64,000 nt of DNA from an uncultured Poribacteria bacterium (GCA_958296135.2 CATQHZ020000001.1:4864001-4928000); one strand, 5' to 3'. Positions 48,130-59,357 are shown, numbered from the stretch's first letter. The notes: generated from the letters alone by a model not told the origin. Numbers and translations: made by a program.

Positions 48130-48774
48130 TTACTGATGAAACCATTGGACTTCCCATCCCCTTTCGGTGGCGATTTGCTGTAACCGCCGGTCAGGATTTA
48201 CGGCGACAGGATGCCCGAAGAGCGCCAATTTATGCACATCGGTGTGATGATTGCCGTAGGCGTAAGAACCTGCCAGGTCAAACGCGTGTGTCTCTGCTAA
48301 CTGCAGTGCCAGTTTTCCTTTGTTTTGCGCGTAGGGATGCAACCCGATGCGTCGCCCTGTAAACTTCCCATCTACCACTTCCAGTTCATGCGCTATCAGC
48401 ATGTCGGTTCGGAAATGCTCGTGAAACGGCTTGACGAGGAGCTCCAACGAACCCGACATCAGGACAATCGTTCGCCCTTCTTCTCGATGGAAGCGCATTA
48501 ATTCTGGGATGCGCGGCGAAATGTTATCGCGCAGTGATGCCACAAAACAGGTTCGCGCGATGTCGCGGAGACGCGTCTCTTCCAACCCGCGGAGATGCAT
48601 CTTGTTGGACTTTGCTTGCGGCAGATGCCGCACCTGCAGGAAATTGGCTATCCACGCCAGCAGATTCAGTATCGGGATTTCGCCGTGCTCCAAGAGATAC
48701 GTCAGGAAAACCTGCTCTGAAGAGAGGCCGATGATTGTGCCATCCAGATCGAACACCGCACACGTTTTTGTCAT
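48130..48774 (-). CDS. HAD-IB family hydrolase
   Basis: FDLDGT, MSGS, AYGNHHTD, PVAVNPD. Confidence 0.9.
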   Translation of the reverse strand: MTKTCAVFDLDGTIIGLSSEQVFLTYLLEHGEIPILNLLAWIANFLQVRHLPQAKSNKMHLRGLEETRLRDIARTCFVASLRDNISPRIPELMRFHREEGRTIVLMSGSLELLVKPFHEHFRTDMLIAHELEVVDGKFTGRRIGLHPYAQNKGKLALQLAETHAFDLAGSYAYGNHHTDVHKLALFGHPVAVNPDRRLQQIATERGWEVQWFHQ

Positions 48775-49592
48775 ATTTTTTGCCCTAACGCCACACGATA
48801 CGCCTTCACCGCCGCATCCATGCCGATATAGAGGGCATCCGCCATCAAATGGTGCCCGATGGATACCTCCAGGAGCCCCGGCACTTTCTGCATACGCGGG
48901 AGGTTCTCCAGGTTCAAATCATGCCCGGCGTTGACTCCCATGCCGAGGCGAGTCGCTGCCGCTGCCGCCGTGACAAGCTGCCCGAGCTCACGTTCAATCT
49001 CTGCTTCCGTTTGTGCCATCGCATAAGGAGCGGTATAGAGTTCGACCCGGTCTGCGCCGATATCGCGAGTCATCGCTATCTGCTCACAATCTGTACCGCT
49101 GAATAGGCTGACACGGATGCCAGCACTCTTCATCGACGCGATGATAGGTTTCAGCATGTCGCCATCTTCGCGGATGTCCCAGACGGTGTGACTTGTTACT
49201 TCGCCTTTGACGACAGGGACAAGGGTGCATTGCGTGGGTTGTGTGCGTAGCACCATCTCAATCAAATCTGGCCTCGGGTCGCCTTCAATGTTATATTCAA
49301 TGTTTTTCGTTTTTCGCGAGGGATTCGGATATGCAGACCGGTCGAATAACAGCCCCCTGCGTAACCTGTCATCGCCGTTGGCGATGACTAGATTTTTTTG
49401 ATACAAATGCGCGGCGATGTCGCGGACATCTGCGGGGGTGATGTGGCGCTGATCTGCGCGGGGATGCACGGTGATGCCTTGCGCACCCGCGGCGATACAG
49501 GTATCTACCGCTTTGATGAGCTCTGGGATGTCGCCCCCACGCGAATTGCGCAACGTGGCGATTTTGTTGACGTTGACGCTGAGCACTGTCAT
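48771..49592 (-). CDS. pdxJ: Pyridoxine 5'-phosphate synthase
   Basis: LSVNVNKIATLRNSR, GITVHPRADQRHI, VNAGHDL, EVSIGH. Confidence 0.95.
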   Translation of the reverse strand: MTVLSVNVNKIATLRNSRGGDIPELIKAVDTCIAAGAQGITVHPRADQRHITPADVRDIAAHLYQKNLVIANGDDRLRRGLLFDRSAYPNPSRKTKNIEYNIEGDPRPDLIEMVLRTQPTQCTLVPVVKGEVTSHTVWDIREDGDMLKPIIASMKSAGIRVSLFSGTDCEQIAMTRDIGADRVELYTAPYAMAQTEAEIERELGQLVTAAAAATRLGMGVNAGHDLNLENLPRMQKVPGLLEVSIGHHLMADALYIGMDAAVKAYRVALGQKI

Positions 49593-49650
49593 TTTTTTCT
49601 CCTCTCTAAAGCGCGAAGGACTGTCCTTCGCTAACCTTTACCGCCCCTTT

Positions 49651-49863
49651 CACCGTAGCGCGAGGGCCGTTACGCCGAAACTTTGTCATATCTGCAGCCT
49701 CGCTGCAGATATGTCCACTGTCCCTCGCAATCGTAGATTGAAACGAAGAACCGCTCCTTCCACCGTAGCGCGAGGGCCGTTACGCCGAAACTTTGTCATA
49801 TCTGCAGCCTCGCTGCAGATATGTCCACTGTCCCTCGCAATCGTAGATTGAAACGAAGAACCG
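49651..49863 (+). repeat. Tandem 2 x 110-bp composite REP element
   Basis: gtagcgcgagggc[cgttacgccgaaac...ctgcagcctcgctgcag...]ctgtccctcgc twice; same element at 34807. Confidence 0.92.
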
Positions 49864-49883
49864 GGTCTGCAAGACTCTGGAAC

Positions 49884-51329
49884 TTACGGAAAAATGCCCA
49901 ATTGCAGATACGCCTCCGCAATTTTATCGATAGCGGTAATAAACGAAGCTGTGCGAAGGTCTGCAGCAGGGCAGCGTCGCCGATGTGTCTCGCGAATTTC
50001 ATGATACGCCGTTATCATCGTATCCTCAAGTCCCGAATCCACTAAGTCATTTTCGTCAGCACCGTGCCCGATGAGCGCAATTTCTGTCGATGAAAATTGA
50101 TAGCCGGTCGCTTTCTCGACGGCTTGTAGCATGCTTTTATATTGGTTTTCTTCAAATCGCCTGCCGAGCCGGCCAAACCGCACGTGCGAGAGGTTGCGCA
50201 GCCATTCAAAATAGGAGACGGTAACACCCCCGGCGTTGAGATAGGTATCCGGAAGAATCAGCATGTTTCGCTGTTTGAGGTGTTCGTCTGCTGCTGCCGT
50301 TGTCGGGCCGTTCGCCGCTTCGGCGAGGATACGTGCCTTGAGGCGCGGTGCGTTCTCCGCCGTGATCTGGTTTTCTACCGCCGCTGGCACGAGGATATCG
50401 CATGCCAATTCCAACCCATCTTGCGGATTATCAATGAGGGTAGCATCGGGATAATTACGAATCGAACCGCTCTCCTCACGACACGCGAAGACCTTTTCGA
50501 CATCAAGTCCTTCGGGGTTATAGAGCGCGCCATCTATCTCAATGATGCCTGTCACGATGGCTTCGCCTTCGCTGAGAAACTTGGCGGCGTGGTATCCGAC
50601 GTTGCCGAACCCTTGGACTACGACGGTTTTGCCGGGGAGGCCGGTGGAGAGCCCGAGCCGTTTCATATCTTCTGCAATCGCGCATGCCTCGCGGAGCCCG
50701 AAGAAAACGCCCCTGCCGGTGGCTTCCTTTCTGCCGCGAATGCCGTTTTGCTCAATCGGTTTCCCGGTCACGCAGGCGATTGCATCGAGTTTATCCGCCG
50801 CCATGCCGAGATAGGTATCCAACATCCACGCCATTTCGGTTTCGCTGGTGCCGAAATCGGGGGCAGGCACGTCTACGCCGGGGCCGATGTAGTTTTTCTG
50901 GATGAGTTCATAGGTATAGCGGCGGGTGATGCGCTCCAATTCACTCTCGGAGTACTCGCACCTATCCAGCTGGATTCCCCCTTTCGCGCCGCCGAACGGC
51001 ACATCAACGATAGCACATTTGTAAGTCATCAACGCCGCCAATGCCATAATCTCGTCTTCATTCACGAGGGTGCTGTAGCGGATGCCGCCTTTCGTCGGCA
51101 GTTTATGATGGCTATGTTCGGCGCGCCAGCCGTGCAGCGTCTCAATCGTGCCATCGTCACGTTTAATCGGAAACGTGAAGTGGCAGCTGCTGTTGCAAAT
51201 CTTGATTTGCTCTAACATCCCCCGCGGGTGCGTTGTAAACCGCGCAGCGCTATCAAATTGTTGGTTCACCTTTTGAAAAAAGGATTTTTGTATTGGCGCA
51301 AGGCGTTCAATTAGGGTTTCTGTCGCCAT
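49884..51329 (-). CDS. gdhA: Glutamate dehydrogenase (Glu/Leu/Phe/Val family)
   Basis: KGGIRY, PFGGAKGG, DVPAPD, QGFGNVG, EAANGP, NAGGVTVSYFEW. Confidence 0.93.
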   Translation of the reverse strand: MATETLIERLAPIQKSFFQKVNQQFDSAARFTTHPRGMLEQIKICNSSCHFTFPIKRDDGTIETLHGWRAEHSHHKLPTKGGIRYSTLVNEDEIMALAALMTYKCAIVDVPFGGAKGGIQLDRCEYSESELERITRRYTYELIQKNYIGPGVDVPAPDFGTSETEMAWMLDTYLGMAADKLDAIACVTGKPIEQNGIRGRKEATGRGVFFGLREACAIAEDMKRLGLSTGLPGKTVVVQGFGNVGYHAAKFLSEGEAIVTGIIEIDGALYNPEGLDVEKVFACREESGSIRNYPDATLIDNPQDGLELACDILVPAAVENQITAENAPRLKARILAEAANGPTTAAADEHLKQRNMLILPDTYLNAGGVTVSYFEWLRNLSHVRFGRLGRRFEENQYKSMLQAVEKATGYQFSSTEIALIGHGADENDLVDSGLEDTMITAYHEIRETHRRRCPAADLRTASFITAIDKIAEAYLQLGIFP

Positions 51330-51477
51330 GTCGGTTTTCTCCGTAGCCCCGCATGCGCCGTTGTTGCATGCTAGGTTTTTTGGCGGAGTTTGCAAAGACA
51401 TTGTCAATCGTTACGTCTACAGACGTTTTTGTTGTCATTTCGGTTCGGTAGGCGCGCTTTGAAAGCGCGCCTCTCAT

Positions 51478-52338
51478 TTACCGTTGCCGGATGAACTTTT
51501 GTAAGCGCGCATCCGCTTGGACTTCGCCGACGTAGATGTCGCCGCGCGAATCGCACCAGATGCCGTGCGGACAGGCGAGAAATTCGCCGGGGACGGTGCT
51601 ACCGCGCTCACTGCCCCATTGTGAGACTACCTCGCCATCCAGCGTCAGGATAGTGACACGCTGGTCCAATTCTGCGACGTAGATGAGCTCATCCTCGTCA
51701 ATATAGATAGTGTCGGGATGCAGAAGATTGCCCCACTCCTCAATGTATTCGCCATCCAGCGTGAAAAATTGGATGCGATTGTTCTCCCGGTCTGCCACCA
51801 TGAGCCGATTGCGCGGATCGACTCTGACGCAGTGCGGCAAGTCAAATTCGCCGGGGCCACTTCCCGGTTGCCCCCAAGACTTGATTAGTTCTCCCTCAGG
51901 GGAGTATTTATGAACGCGGGCGTTGCCGTAGCCATCGCAGATAAACATCTCGCCATCGGGGCCGAGAGCCAGATCGGTGGGCTGGTTGAAGGGTTCGCCT
52001 TCGGGGCCCGGTTTGTCGGGTGTGCCGAGCGTCATCAGCAGTTCGCCCTCTGTAGTGAACTTGCGCATGACATGGGTGTCGCGTTCTACGCAGTAGACGT
52101 AGTCTTCGGCATCAATGAAAATGCCGTGCGCGTCCTTGAGAATGTCCTCACCCCAAGAGGCAAGGAAATTGCCATCCCGGTCGAAGACTATCATCGGCCG
52201 TTCGCTGCGGCTGTAGACATAAACCCGGTCTTGCGAATCCACGGCAATAGCGGGGATCCAGCCAAATTCCCATCCTTCCGGCAGCGTCCACCAATTTTCT
52301 TGCACCGTGTACTGATGCGAGCCTTGTCCAAAAGTCAT
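51478..52338 (-). CDS. NHL-repeat protein (peptidyl-alpha-hydroxyglycine lyase family)
   Basis: AHGI, FNQPTD, DGYGNARV, FDLPH, VADRENNRIQ. Confidence 0.9.
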   Translation of the reverse strand: MTFGQGSHQYTVQENWWTLPEGWEFGWIPAIAVDSQDRVYVYSRSERPMIVFDRDGNFLASWGEDILKDAHGIFIDAEDYVYCVERDTHVMRKFTTEGELLMTLGTPDKPGPEGEPFNQPTDLALGPDGEMFICDGYGNARVHKYSPEGELIKSWGQPGSGPGEFDLPHCVRVDPRNRLMVADRENNRIQFFTLDGEYIEEWGNLLHPDTIYIDEDELIYVAELDQRVTILTLDGEVVSQWGSERGSTVPGEFLACPHGIWCDSRGDIYVGEVQADARLQKFIRQR

Positions 52339-52445
52339 GAGTTCTCTCCAATCAAAACGATTTGGGAACGATTTTAGCAGGTTTCCTGCAATTTCGCAAG
52401 CGAGATTTTCGTTGTTCGCAAGGCGTTGTGAAACCGGTGAGTGTA

Positions 52446-54113
52446 TCAGCATTCCCCTCTCAGTTGTGACACCGAACACCGATATGCCGCCTCTTCCTCC
52501 GACAAATCGGACGGCCGCTCCTGCACCACCGGAATCACATAACTCCGAATTTTGAATCCCTCTACTATCTCTGTCTCCGTGCGCGGCTCCGGATTCTCAC
52601 GATGGTCGAATACGACATAGTAGCCTTCCGATGCTTCTTCCAATTGGAGATAGGCAGCCAACTGTTTCTTGCCGCCCTGATACTCCCGTTCACTCCCCCA
52701 TATCTTGAACTCCACGATATACTTCCGGTCGCGGTGCAACACTACCAGATCCATCCGGCCCCGCCCTGTCGGCAGTTCTAGATACAGGTTCCCGCGCATC
52801 GTCCGCACGAACGTATCAAGATAAGTGGCAAGCAGATGTTGCCCAATTGATTCGCGCGGGAGGTCTGGTTCTTGGAGGATTCGGAACCCGATGCGCGCGA
52901 TGAAGTCGCGGAAGTTATCCAACAGCGGCTCCATGGCGAGATGTCCGTCTGCGGTGAGATAATCCGAGAACTGGATGCCGCTGTCTTCTGGGAAGTAGTC
53001 CCGCCGCAGCCCGTTAATCGCCGGTTGGAACGCTTGCATGATGCACACCTGATAAATCGGATTGACGCTCTCACATAAGTCCCCGGCCCCCCTCTTGATG
53101 ACACCGTAAGAGGTAAGTTCGCTCATGAGTTCATCGCGCGGATTGAAATCCACCCCTTTTTCCGAAGTGGCGATTTCCATGAGGACGCGTTCAAAGTGAG
53201 GATGCCTGCGGACATTGGTAGTCAGATGATGAAAGTTGACGTTTTGTTCCCGTAGGAGCGCGGTATGCGCCTTTGCAAAATGCGCAACGGTAATGGTTTC
53301 CGTTTTCGCGATATCCAGCTCCGCCGTGAGAATTTGCGCGAGGCGGTTGACGAGAAACGGCTGTCCCGCTGTCTGCCGATGCAACAACTCCATGACATCC
53401 GGTGCGAACGCTTGTCCTACCTCCTCGGTATACTGCCCGAAGAGTTCCTGCACTTGTGCCAGCGTGAAGTTTGACAAAGCGAACTCATCCTGAATATTGA
53501 ACGGCGAAATAGATCTGTCGTAATTCAGCTGCGTAATGCTTTTCACGCCGACGATGCCGACGCTGTAAGGACACCGCGCACGGGTGCTGTCTTCAAGGTA
53601 GATATCGCGAAGGGTGTATAGAAAATCGCTCAAGACGGTTTGCGGGATGCCGTCAAATTCGTCAATCACGAGCACCACCTGCCGCGCATCCAGCACACTC
53701 GGCAACTCCCAAAAGAACTCGCGCAATGAAAACTGGTCTGTGAGCGTGGCATTCTCGAAAAATTGCGTTAAAGTGTCCGGTAGTACACGCTCCCATCGCT
53801 GAAAAACTCGCGTAATTGCCCGCCAAATGTCACGATGGAGAACCCGATAAAACGTCTCCGGAGTAGCGTTTCTGTAAGTCTGGAAACTCAACGCAAGCGG
53901 AAAATAGTCCGAGTCTTCGGTAGCGAGCAGCTCCAAGGCGCGGCGGAAGAACGTCGTCTTACCTGTCTGACGCGGCGCGAAGATGACGACATAACGTCCC
54001 TCTTCCACGCGGTGGATGAAATCGGCGAGCTCCTCCGTGCGCGCGACGACGTAGTTGCGTTCGAGTTTCACGGGCCCGCGGGTTTCAAAGGTTTTGGTTT
54101 GTCGATGCTCCAT
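52446..54113 (-). CDS. AAA-like ATPase with C-terminal PD-(D/E)xK-type domain
   Basis: APRQTGKT, VIDEFD, SPFNI, GQPFLVN; GRMDL...IVEFK. Confidence 0.88.
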   Translation of the reverse strand: MEHRQTKTFETRGPVKLERNYVVARTEELADFIHRVEEGRYVVIFAPRQTGKTTFFRRALELLATEDSDYFPLALSFQTYRNATPETFYRVLHRDIWRAITRVFQRWERVLPDTLTQFFENATLTDQFSLREFFWELPSVLDARQVVLVIDEFDGIPQTVLSDFLYTLRDIYLEDSTRARCPYSVGIVGVKSITQLNYDRSISPFNIQDEFALSNFTLAQVQELFGQYTEEVGQAFAPDVMELLHRQTAGQPFLVNRLAQILTAELDIAKTETITVAHFAKAHTALLREQNVNFHHLTTNVRRHPHFERVLMEIATSEKGVDFNPRDELMSELTSYGVIKRGAGDLCESVNPIYQVCIMQAFQPAINGLRRDYFPEDSGIQFSDYLTADGHLAMEPLLDNFRDFIARIGFRILQEPDLPRESIGQHLLATYLDTFVRTMRGNLYLELPTGRGRMDLVVLHRDRKYIVEFKIWGSEREYQGGKKQLAAYLQLEEASEGYYVVFDHRENPEPRTETEIVEGFKIRSYVIPVVQERPSDLSEEEAAYRCSVSQLRGEC

Positions 54114-54336
54114 AGTCAGTTCCTCCAGCGGAGCAGACAGAGACATCCGCTCATTGAAAAATCTCCTTTTATTGTGCGCGGGGTTGAGGCACTCGGATTG
54201 GAAACGTAATCTATCTCTCTCTGTCGGCGCGCGTGGTTCGCGCGGGGTTGTGTCAAAACGTTTGTTTTGACGGGTTTGTGTTTATGCGAGGGAGAGGGTT
54301 TTCTCTCTCCCTCGCGCGAGGGGAACAGGGACATCC

Positions 54337-55173
54337 CTATCTTTTCAGACGCGCAACGGCTTCCTTTATGCCCATGGCTATAGGGTACATAATCTCATCG
54401 TTTGCTTGCAGCGCCTCCAATTTCGGCAGGAGGATGTACTCTACAATGCCATCTAATTCCGCACGGTGCTGCGCCCCGATATGGCTTAAGACCTCAGAAG
54501 CTACACTCATGCCCATGCTGCCCAAGTTATCGGGAAATTGCGGCGATGGATCTTCTTCACCTTCACCCATATCGTCCAGATAGGGGATGAGATAGGGGAC
54601 AACGGGCGGCCCCATGGCGATGAGGGCTCTCTGGACATTGCCACTGAATATGTTCTCACCACACTGATATGCGATGAGGGTTTCGATGGACCGCGGGTCG
54701 CGGAGATCGGCGAGTGGGTCTAGCAGGCTGTAGATTTCTTCGGCGTGTGCCTCACCCTCAATCATATCGGGGGGTGGCATCAATTGCTGTATCAGCCCTG
54801 GGGTTCGGGGGTCAGCGGTGCCGCCCCAGGCGAATCGGTTGTCGGCGATGTCGTCAAGTTTGGCCCAGGCTTTGGCGACGGGGTCGTCTGCATCGAGTTC
54901 GTCGAGGTTGCCGGGTTTGACGAGTGCTGGCAGTTCAATATGTTGTTGCCAGTCGACGCTGGGTATCAGGTCGCCGGTGTCGTCATGTGCATCGTCGGCG
55001 GCGGGTTTCCAGTCACCGTCGGGTTTCCCGTGGCCGCCGGGTTGTTCGTCGGCGGGTGGTGGCACGGGGAGTGCTGCGTCAAAGCGCTGCTTCTGCCATT
55101 CGGCGTAGAAGTAGATGGCGAGGCAGAACGCGAGTAGGAGGCATAAGCTGCTGATGAGGGTTTTGGCGTTCAT
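54337..55173 (-). CDS. Membrane-anchored hypothetical protein with HEAT-like C-terminus, paralog A
   Basis: N-terminal TM; strongly similar to 59358-60161. Confidence 0.8.
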   Translation of the reverse strand: MNAKTLISSLCLLLAFCLAIYFYAEWQKQRFDAALPVPPPADEQPGGHGKPDGDWKPAADDAHDDTGDLIPSVDWQQHIELPALVKPGNLDELDADDPVAKAWAKLDDIADNRFAWGGTADPRTPGLIQQLMPPPDMIEGEAHAEEIYSLLDPLADLRDPRSIETLIAYQCGENIFSGNVQRALIAMGPPVVPYLIPYLDDMGEGEEDPSPQFPDNLGSMGMSVASEVLSHIGAQHRAELDGIVEYILLPKLEALQANDEIMYPIAMGIKEAVARLKR

Positions 55174-55342
55174 GAGGGTTCTCCTATTGGAAACGTTTTA
55201 TGGCAATCAAGTATCGAGACGCGGGAGTCTCTCCTACCGAAGGGGAGTCGAGACGCGGGAGTCTCTCCTACCGGGCCTCAAGACCTTTTGTCTCTCCTAC
55301 GGGACTCCGCTTCATCTCGGTTTCGACTCCCTAACAACCGCG

Positions 55343-58300
55343 CTACTTATTAACCAGCAGCTGATTAAACAGCGCGCGCGTCGTCTCTGTCCACTTGCCG
55401 TAATCCCTCGAAAACGCTGCATCCGCCGGATTCTCCTCGGTATGCGCATACCCGAGCCGCCGTGCCAACTGTTCTAACTCGGAACGATTCGTGGGTAAGG
55501 CTTCCAACGGCCGGTCATGCACAATCCGCAGCGCGTTCTCGACGCGCCTCAGGTATTGATATGCCTCGGACAATCCCTCTCGCTGTGTCGCTGTCAGCAC
55601 GCCGATGTCGTGCAATCTGTCGACTGCGAAGAGGGTGTTTTGCTCGCGGATCGAAACTGCGTCAGTTCCGTGGACGAGTTGAAGGGTTTGCACGGCGAAT
55701 TCAATGTCAACCAGGCCGCCGTATCCAGATTTGACATTCGGGGCGGGTGCCTTGGTTTGTCCGCGCCGTCTGCGGGGTGTTCTCGGTTTCCGTGTGGCTT
55801 GCGCCTCTTTCCGTTGGCGCGTTCGGACAATTTCGGCGATGCCTTCCGGTGTGAGCGGTGCGCCGTATGCAAACCCGTGTGCGATGTCCAAGAACCGCGC
55901 GCCCACACCCTCGGTGTCTCCCGCGACCGGTCTGGCGCGTGTCAATGCCTGACGTTCCCAGGTCTGCGCCGTGGTGTCGTAGTAGTGCTGGTACCCTTCC
56001 AACGGCAGTGCAATCGCGCCGCCCTTGCCGTGAGGCCGGAGCCTCAGGTCGAGTTCGTAGATACCCATCCCCTGATTTCCCGCGAGTTGCTTTACCAGCT
56101 CCAAGCCGAGGGCGGAGAAATAGTTCGCGTTCGGCGTGCCTTTCGTCGTTTCGCCATCTTCCGAGTAGACGAACATGATGTCCAAATCGGAGCTAAAGTT
56201 GAGCTCGCGGCCGCCAAATTTGCCGAGGGCGATAATCGCGAACGTCACCGGGTTGCCATCGGGATTGCGGGGTATGCCGTGCGCCTCGCGAATCTGCGCT
56301 TCTACCTGCCGGTAGAGAGCCTGTGTGACTGCTTCAGCCAGGTCGGAGAGCTCTGTCGTCGTCGTGGGGAGCGTGGCATTGCCGAGGATATTCCGCAAGG
56401 CGATGCGCCAGATTTCGTCGTTCTTATACCGTCGCAGCAAGGGCAGCATTTTTCCCTCTGGCGCGCTTTCCACAACCTTGAGTGCTTCCGCCTGTTTCTC
56501 CTCAAGCGTCTTGGCGCGTTCTACCAAGTCAGGCACCGTGAGCAGGTCGAAGAGTTCGGGGCTCCCGACGAGGAGCTCGGCAAGATAGAGGCTGGTGCCA
56601 CAGACACCGGTGAGTGTTTCCAGGGTTGAGGGTTTCTCCAAGAACATGGTGTAGTAACTACTGCGTGCGCCGACCTTATCGGCAAAGGCGGAGAGGTAGC
56701 GGAGCGCCATGTCCGGATTGGGTGAATCGCGCAAGATGTTGAGGAGCGTGGGTGCGAGTTTAAAGAAGGAACGCCGCACACTGGGTGAAAACTGGACACC
56801 ATCGCCGCCGTTCGCGAGTCTTTTCAGCAACCGCTGGGCCTCCTTCACACTCTCGAATCCGTAAGAACGGAGGAGTTCATCGAGTTGCTGCGTCTCGTCT
56901 TCCGCGAGCAACACCCCGATGTCCACGCCGGTTTCTTCATGCTGCAGTGCGGTGGCGGTTACCTCTTCAAAGATGGCGCGGACGCGTTCGGTGTGGGCAC
57001 GGTGCTGCCGCCGAAACGCTTCCAATTCATCGCCATCCCTGGTGCTACGATAGCCGGTGCGCCGAGCCAATTCACGCTCTTCTTCCTCCTTGTCGGGAAT
57101 GGAGTACCGCTGCTGGTCTGCCTCAATTTGGATGCGGTGTTCCACGGTGCGCAGGAACCGATACGCGGTTGCGAGTGCTTCTACATCGTCCGAGCTCAGC
57201 AACTGCGCCTCTTCCAACGCCGCAAGCGTCTTCAACGTATTCTGCGAGCACAGCGACTTGCGTCTCCCGCCGTGAATCATCTGGAGACACTGGACGGTAA
57301 ACTCAATATCCCGAATTGCACCGGGACCGAGTTTGACGTGTTTCTGCAGGTTACCCTTTTCACTCACGATGCGTTCTTCAATGCGCGCTTTCGTGCCACG
57401 AATATCCGCCTTAATTTCGCTCAAGGTCACGCCGTCTAAATAGCGTTGATAGACAAACGGTTGGATCATCCGGATGAACTCTTGCCCGAGGGTGTGGACA
57501 TCGCCAGCGACAGGCCGTGCCTTAATCAACGCCTGCCGCTCCCAGAGTTCACCCCAGCCTTCGTAATAACTCTCATAACTTTCCATGGAGCGGGCAATCA
57601 CGCCGGCACTGCTTTCGGGACGGAGGCGGATGTCAACGCGGAAGACGTATCCCTCAGACTTTATCTCGCTCATCGCCTTGATGATAAACTCGCACAACCG
57701 GGCGTAGTATTGATAATTCGGCGTGCCGGTGTCGGTGTAGCCATCGTCGGAATAGACGAAGAGTAGATCGATGTCGGAACTAAAGTTGAGTTCAGAACCG
57801 CCGAGTTTGCCCATGCCAACGACAACGAATTCGGCGGGTGCGGTGCCGTCTTCGTTCAGAGGTGTGCCGAACCTGGCTTTGAGCACGACATCGCGCCCGA
57901 GCTCATAACAGTGCTGTAACGTCGCTTCTGCGAGATTGCTCAACTCTAACGTGACGGTTTCAAGGCTTGCGATTTCGAGCAGGTCGCGTACGCCGATGCG
58001 GAGGCTTTCTAGGCGTTTATAGCGGCGCATCTCGTTGAGTTTACCGTCAAGCTCGGGCACTTCCGCAAGCAGTTCGCCGAGCTCATCGTAATAGAACTGC
58101 TGCGTTTTGGACACTTCCATGATACCGGGGTTCAGGATGTCAAAGAAGAATTCGGGGTTGCGGATGAGGATATCCGACAGGTAAGAGGAGGCACCGAGGC
58201 TCTGCAGCACGCGCCGCGTGAGCTCGGGGGTGTTGACTAAGAGTTCATAGAGCCACTTCTGGCTGAAGGCTGCTTCGGCGAAGCGTGAGAAGTGGTTCAG

Positions 58301-58528
58301 GGCTGCGATTGCCCTGGGTGAGTCGAGTGCCTGCACGAGCAGGGGTGTGGCGAGTTGCGCGAAGGCGGCTTGCGTGTCGGCATCGTCACCTGCAAGCACT
58401 TTTAACCGCCGGTCGAGGTCGGTTTGTTGCAGTCCTGCGCTTTCTGCGACCTCACGTGTGACTTGCGTGAGGCGGCTGCGTTGTTCTTCAGGCACGTGCG
58501 TGAGCCAGTTGGTTGTGATATTATTCAT
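55343..58528 (-). CDS. glnE: Glutamine synthetase adenylyltransferase/deadenylylase
   Basis: Two GK.GG.ELNFSSD.D domains, D.RLRP, WERQAL, K.G.G...DIEF. Confidence 0.96.
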   Translation of the reverse strand: MNNITTNWLTHVPEEQRSRLTQVTREVAESAGLQQTDLDRRLKVLAGDDADTQAAFAQLATPLLVQALDSPRAIAALNHFSRFAEAAFSQKWLYELLVNTPELTRRVLQSLGASSYLSDILIRNPEFFFDILNPGIMEVSKTQQFYYDELGELLAEVPELDGKLNEMRRYKRLESLRIGVRDLLEIASLETVTLELSNLAEATLQHCYELGRDVVLKARFGTPLNEDGTAPAEFVVVGMGKLGGSELNFSSDIDLLFVYSDDGYTDTGTPNYQYYARLCEFIIKAMSEIKSEGYVFRVDIRLRPESSAGVIARSMESYESYYEGWGELWERQALIKARPVAGDVHTLGQEFIRMIQPFVYQRYLDGVTLSEIKADIRGTKARIEERIVSEKGNLQKHVKLGPGAIRDIEFTVQCLQMIHGGRRKSLCSQNTLKTLAALEEAQLLSSDDVEALATAYRFLRTVEHRIQIEADQQRYSIPDKEEEERELARRTGYRSTRDGDELEAFRRQHRAHTERVRAIFEEVTATALQHEETGVDIGVLLAEDETQQLDELLRSYGFESVKEAQRLLKRLANGGDGVQFSPSVRRSFFKLAPTLLNILRDSPNPDMALRYLSAFADKVGARSSYYTMFLEKPSTLETLTGVCGTSLYLAELLVGSPELFDLLTVPDLVERAKTLEEKQAEALKVVESAPEGKMLPLLRRYKNDEIWRIALRNILGNATLPTTTTELSDLAEAVTQALYRQVEAQIREAHGIPRNPDGNPVTFAIIALGKFGGRELNFSSDLDIMFVYSEDGETTKGTPNANYFSALGLELVKQLAGNQGMGIYELDLRLRPHGKGGAIALPLEGYQHYYDTTAQTWERQALTRARPVAGDTEGVGARFLDIAHGFAYGAPLTPEGIAEIVRTRQRKEAQATRKPRTPRRRRGQTKAPAPNVKSGYGGLVDIEFAVQTLQLVHGTDAVSIREQNTLFAVDRLHDIGVLTATQREGLSEAYQYLRRVENALRIVHDRPLEALPTNRSELEQLARRLGYAHTEENPADAAFSRDYGKWTETTRALFNQLLVNK

Positions 58529-58764
58529 GGTTTGCTCCTTTCCGTGCTGTGCGCGGTGGCGCGATTTTAACGATGCATGCATTGTCCTTTCGGGGTGCTG
58601 CTGGATTCCTGTTACACTAAGGTTTTCGCAAAGGTGCAGGACTCACTAACTTTTTTGCGATTTTTCTACAGCACCAACGAAGATGAGGGCCTTTCGACCC
58701 ATTTCTCGGGCGGCTTGCCAGTGTTGGTTTCGTGCCTCCGCGACAGATGGCAGGGTCACGAGCA

Positions 58765-58992
58765 CTAATGTCGGGCCTTCTGGAGAACCTGCCCTATCTG
58801 CTTTGTCAGCAGGCCGGCGCAAAAGCCGACGCAAAAAAGCAGATAGGCGAGGATTGCAATCACGAATGCGGTGACGATGAGACTTGTAACAACACGAGGT
58901 TCTTCAAAAATCTCAACGATACGCGGCAGTCTTGCGCAAAATGCAGCAGCCAAGTACACAAGATACTGGCGCTTCAGTTTAGAAATGAACAC
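58765..58992 (-). CDS. Small hypothetical membrane protein
   Basis: 75 aa with a hydrophobic segment; no family recognised. Confidence 0.3.
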   Translation of the reverse strand: MFISKLKRQYLVYLAAAFCARLPRIVEIFEEPRVVTSLIVTAFVIAILAYLLFCVGFCAGLLTKQIGQVLQKARH

Positions 58993-59357
58993 AATATTTT
59001 TCCGTGCGCGCGTGATGTGCGCGGTTGGTAAACGTTATCTGAAGTCCGCGCGGGGTTGTGTCAAAATTCGTAGTTTTGACAATTATAACTGATTTTAACA
59101 CGAATTGATTTTTTTGTCAAGAATAATGCGCGTTAAAATATGCGATTCAGTTGGTAGCGGCGAGAGCCGGGTCCTCGTGCTACGGTTCGGGTTGATGATA
59201 CCGCAGGCATCAAGACGCGGGAGGGCGCGCCTACAAAGCATCGAGACCTTTTGTCTCTCCTACCTGTCTCAAGACTGGGAGGACTCTCCTACCGGATATG
59301 CTGCGATTGCATGGCGGGGGACGGGCCCCCGCCACGCGGGAGTGGCCGGGAGTGCCG

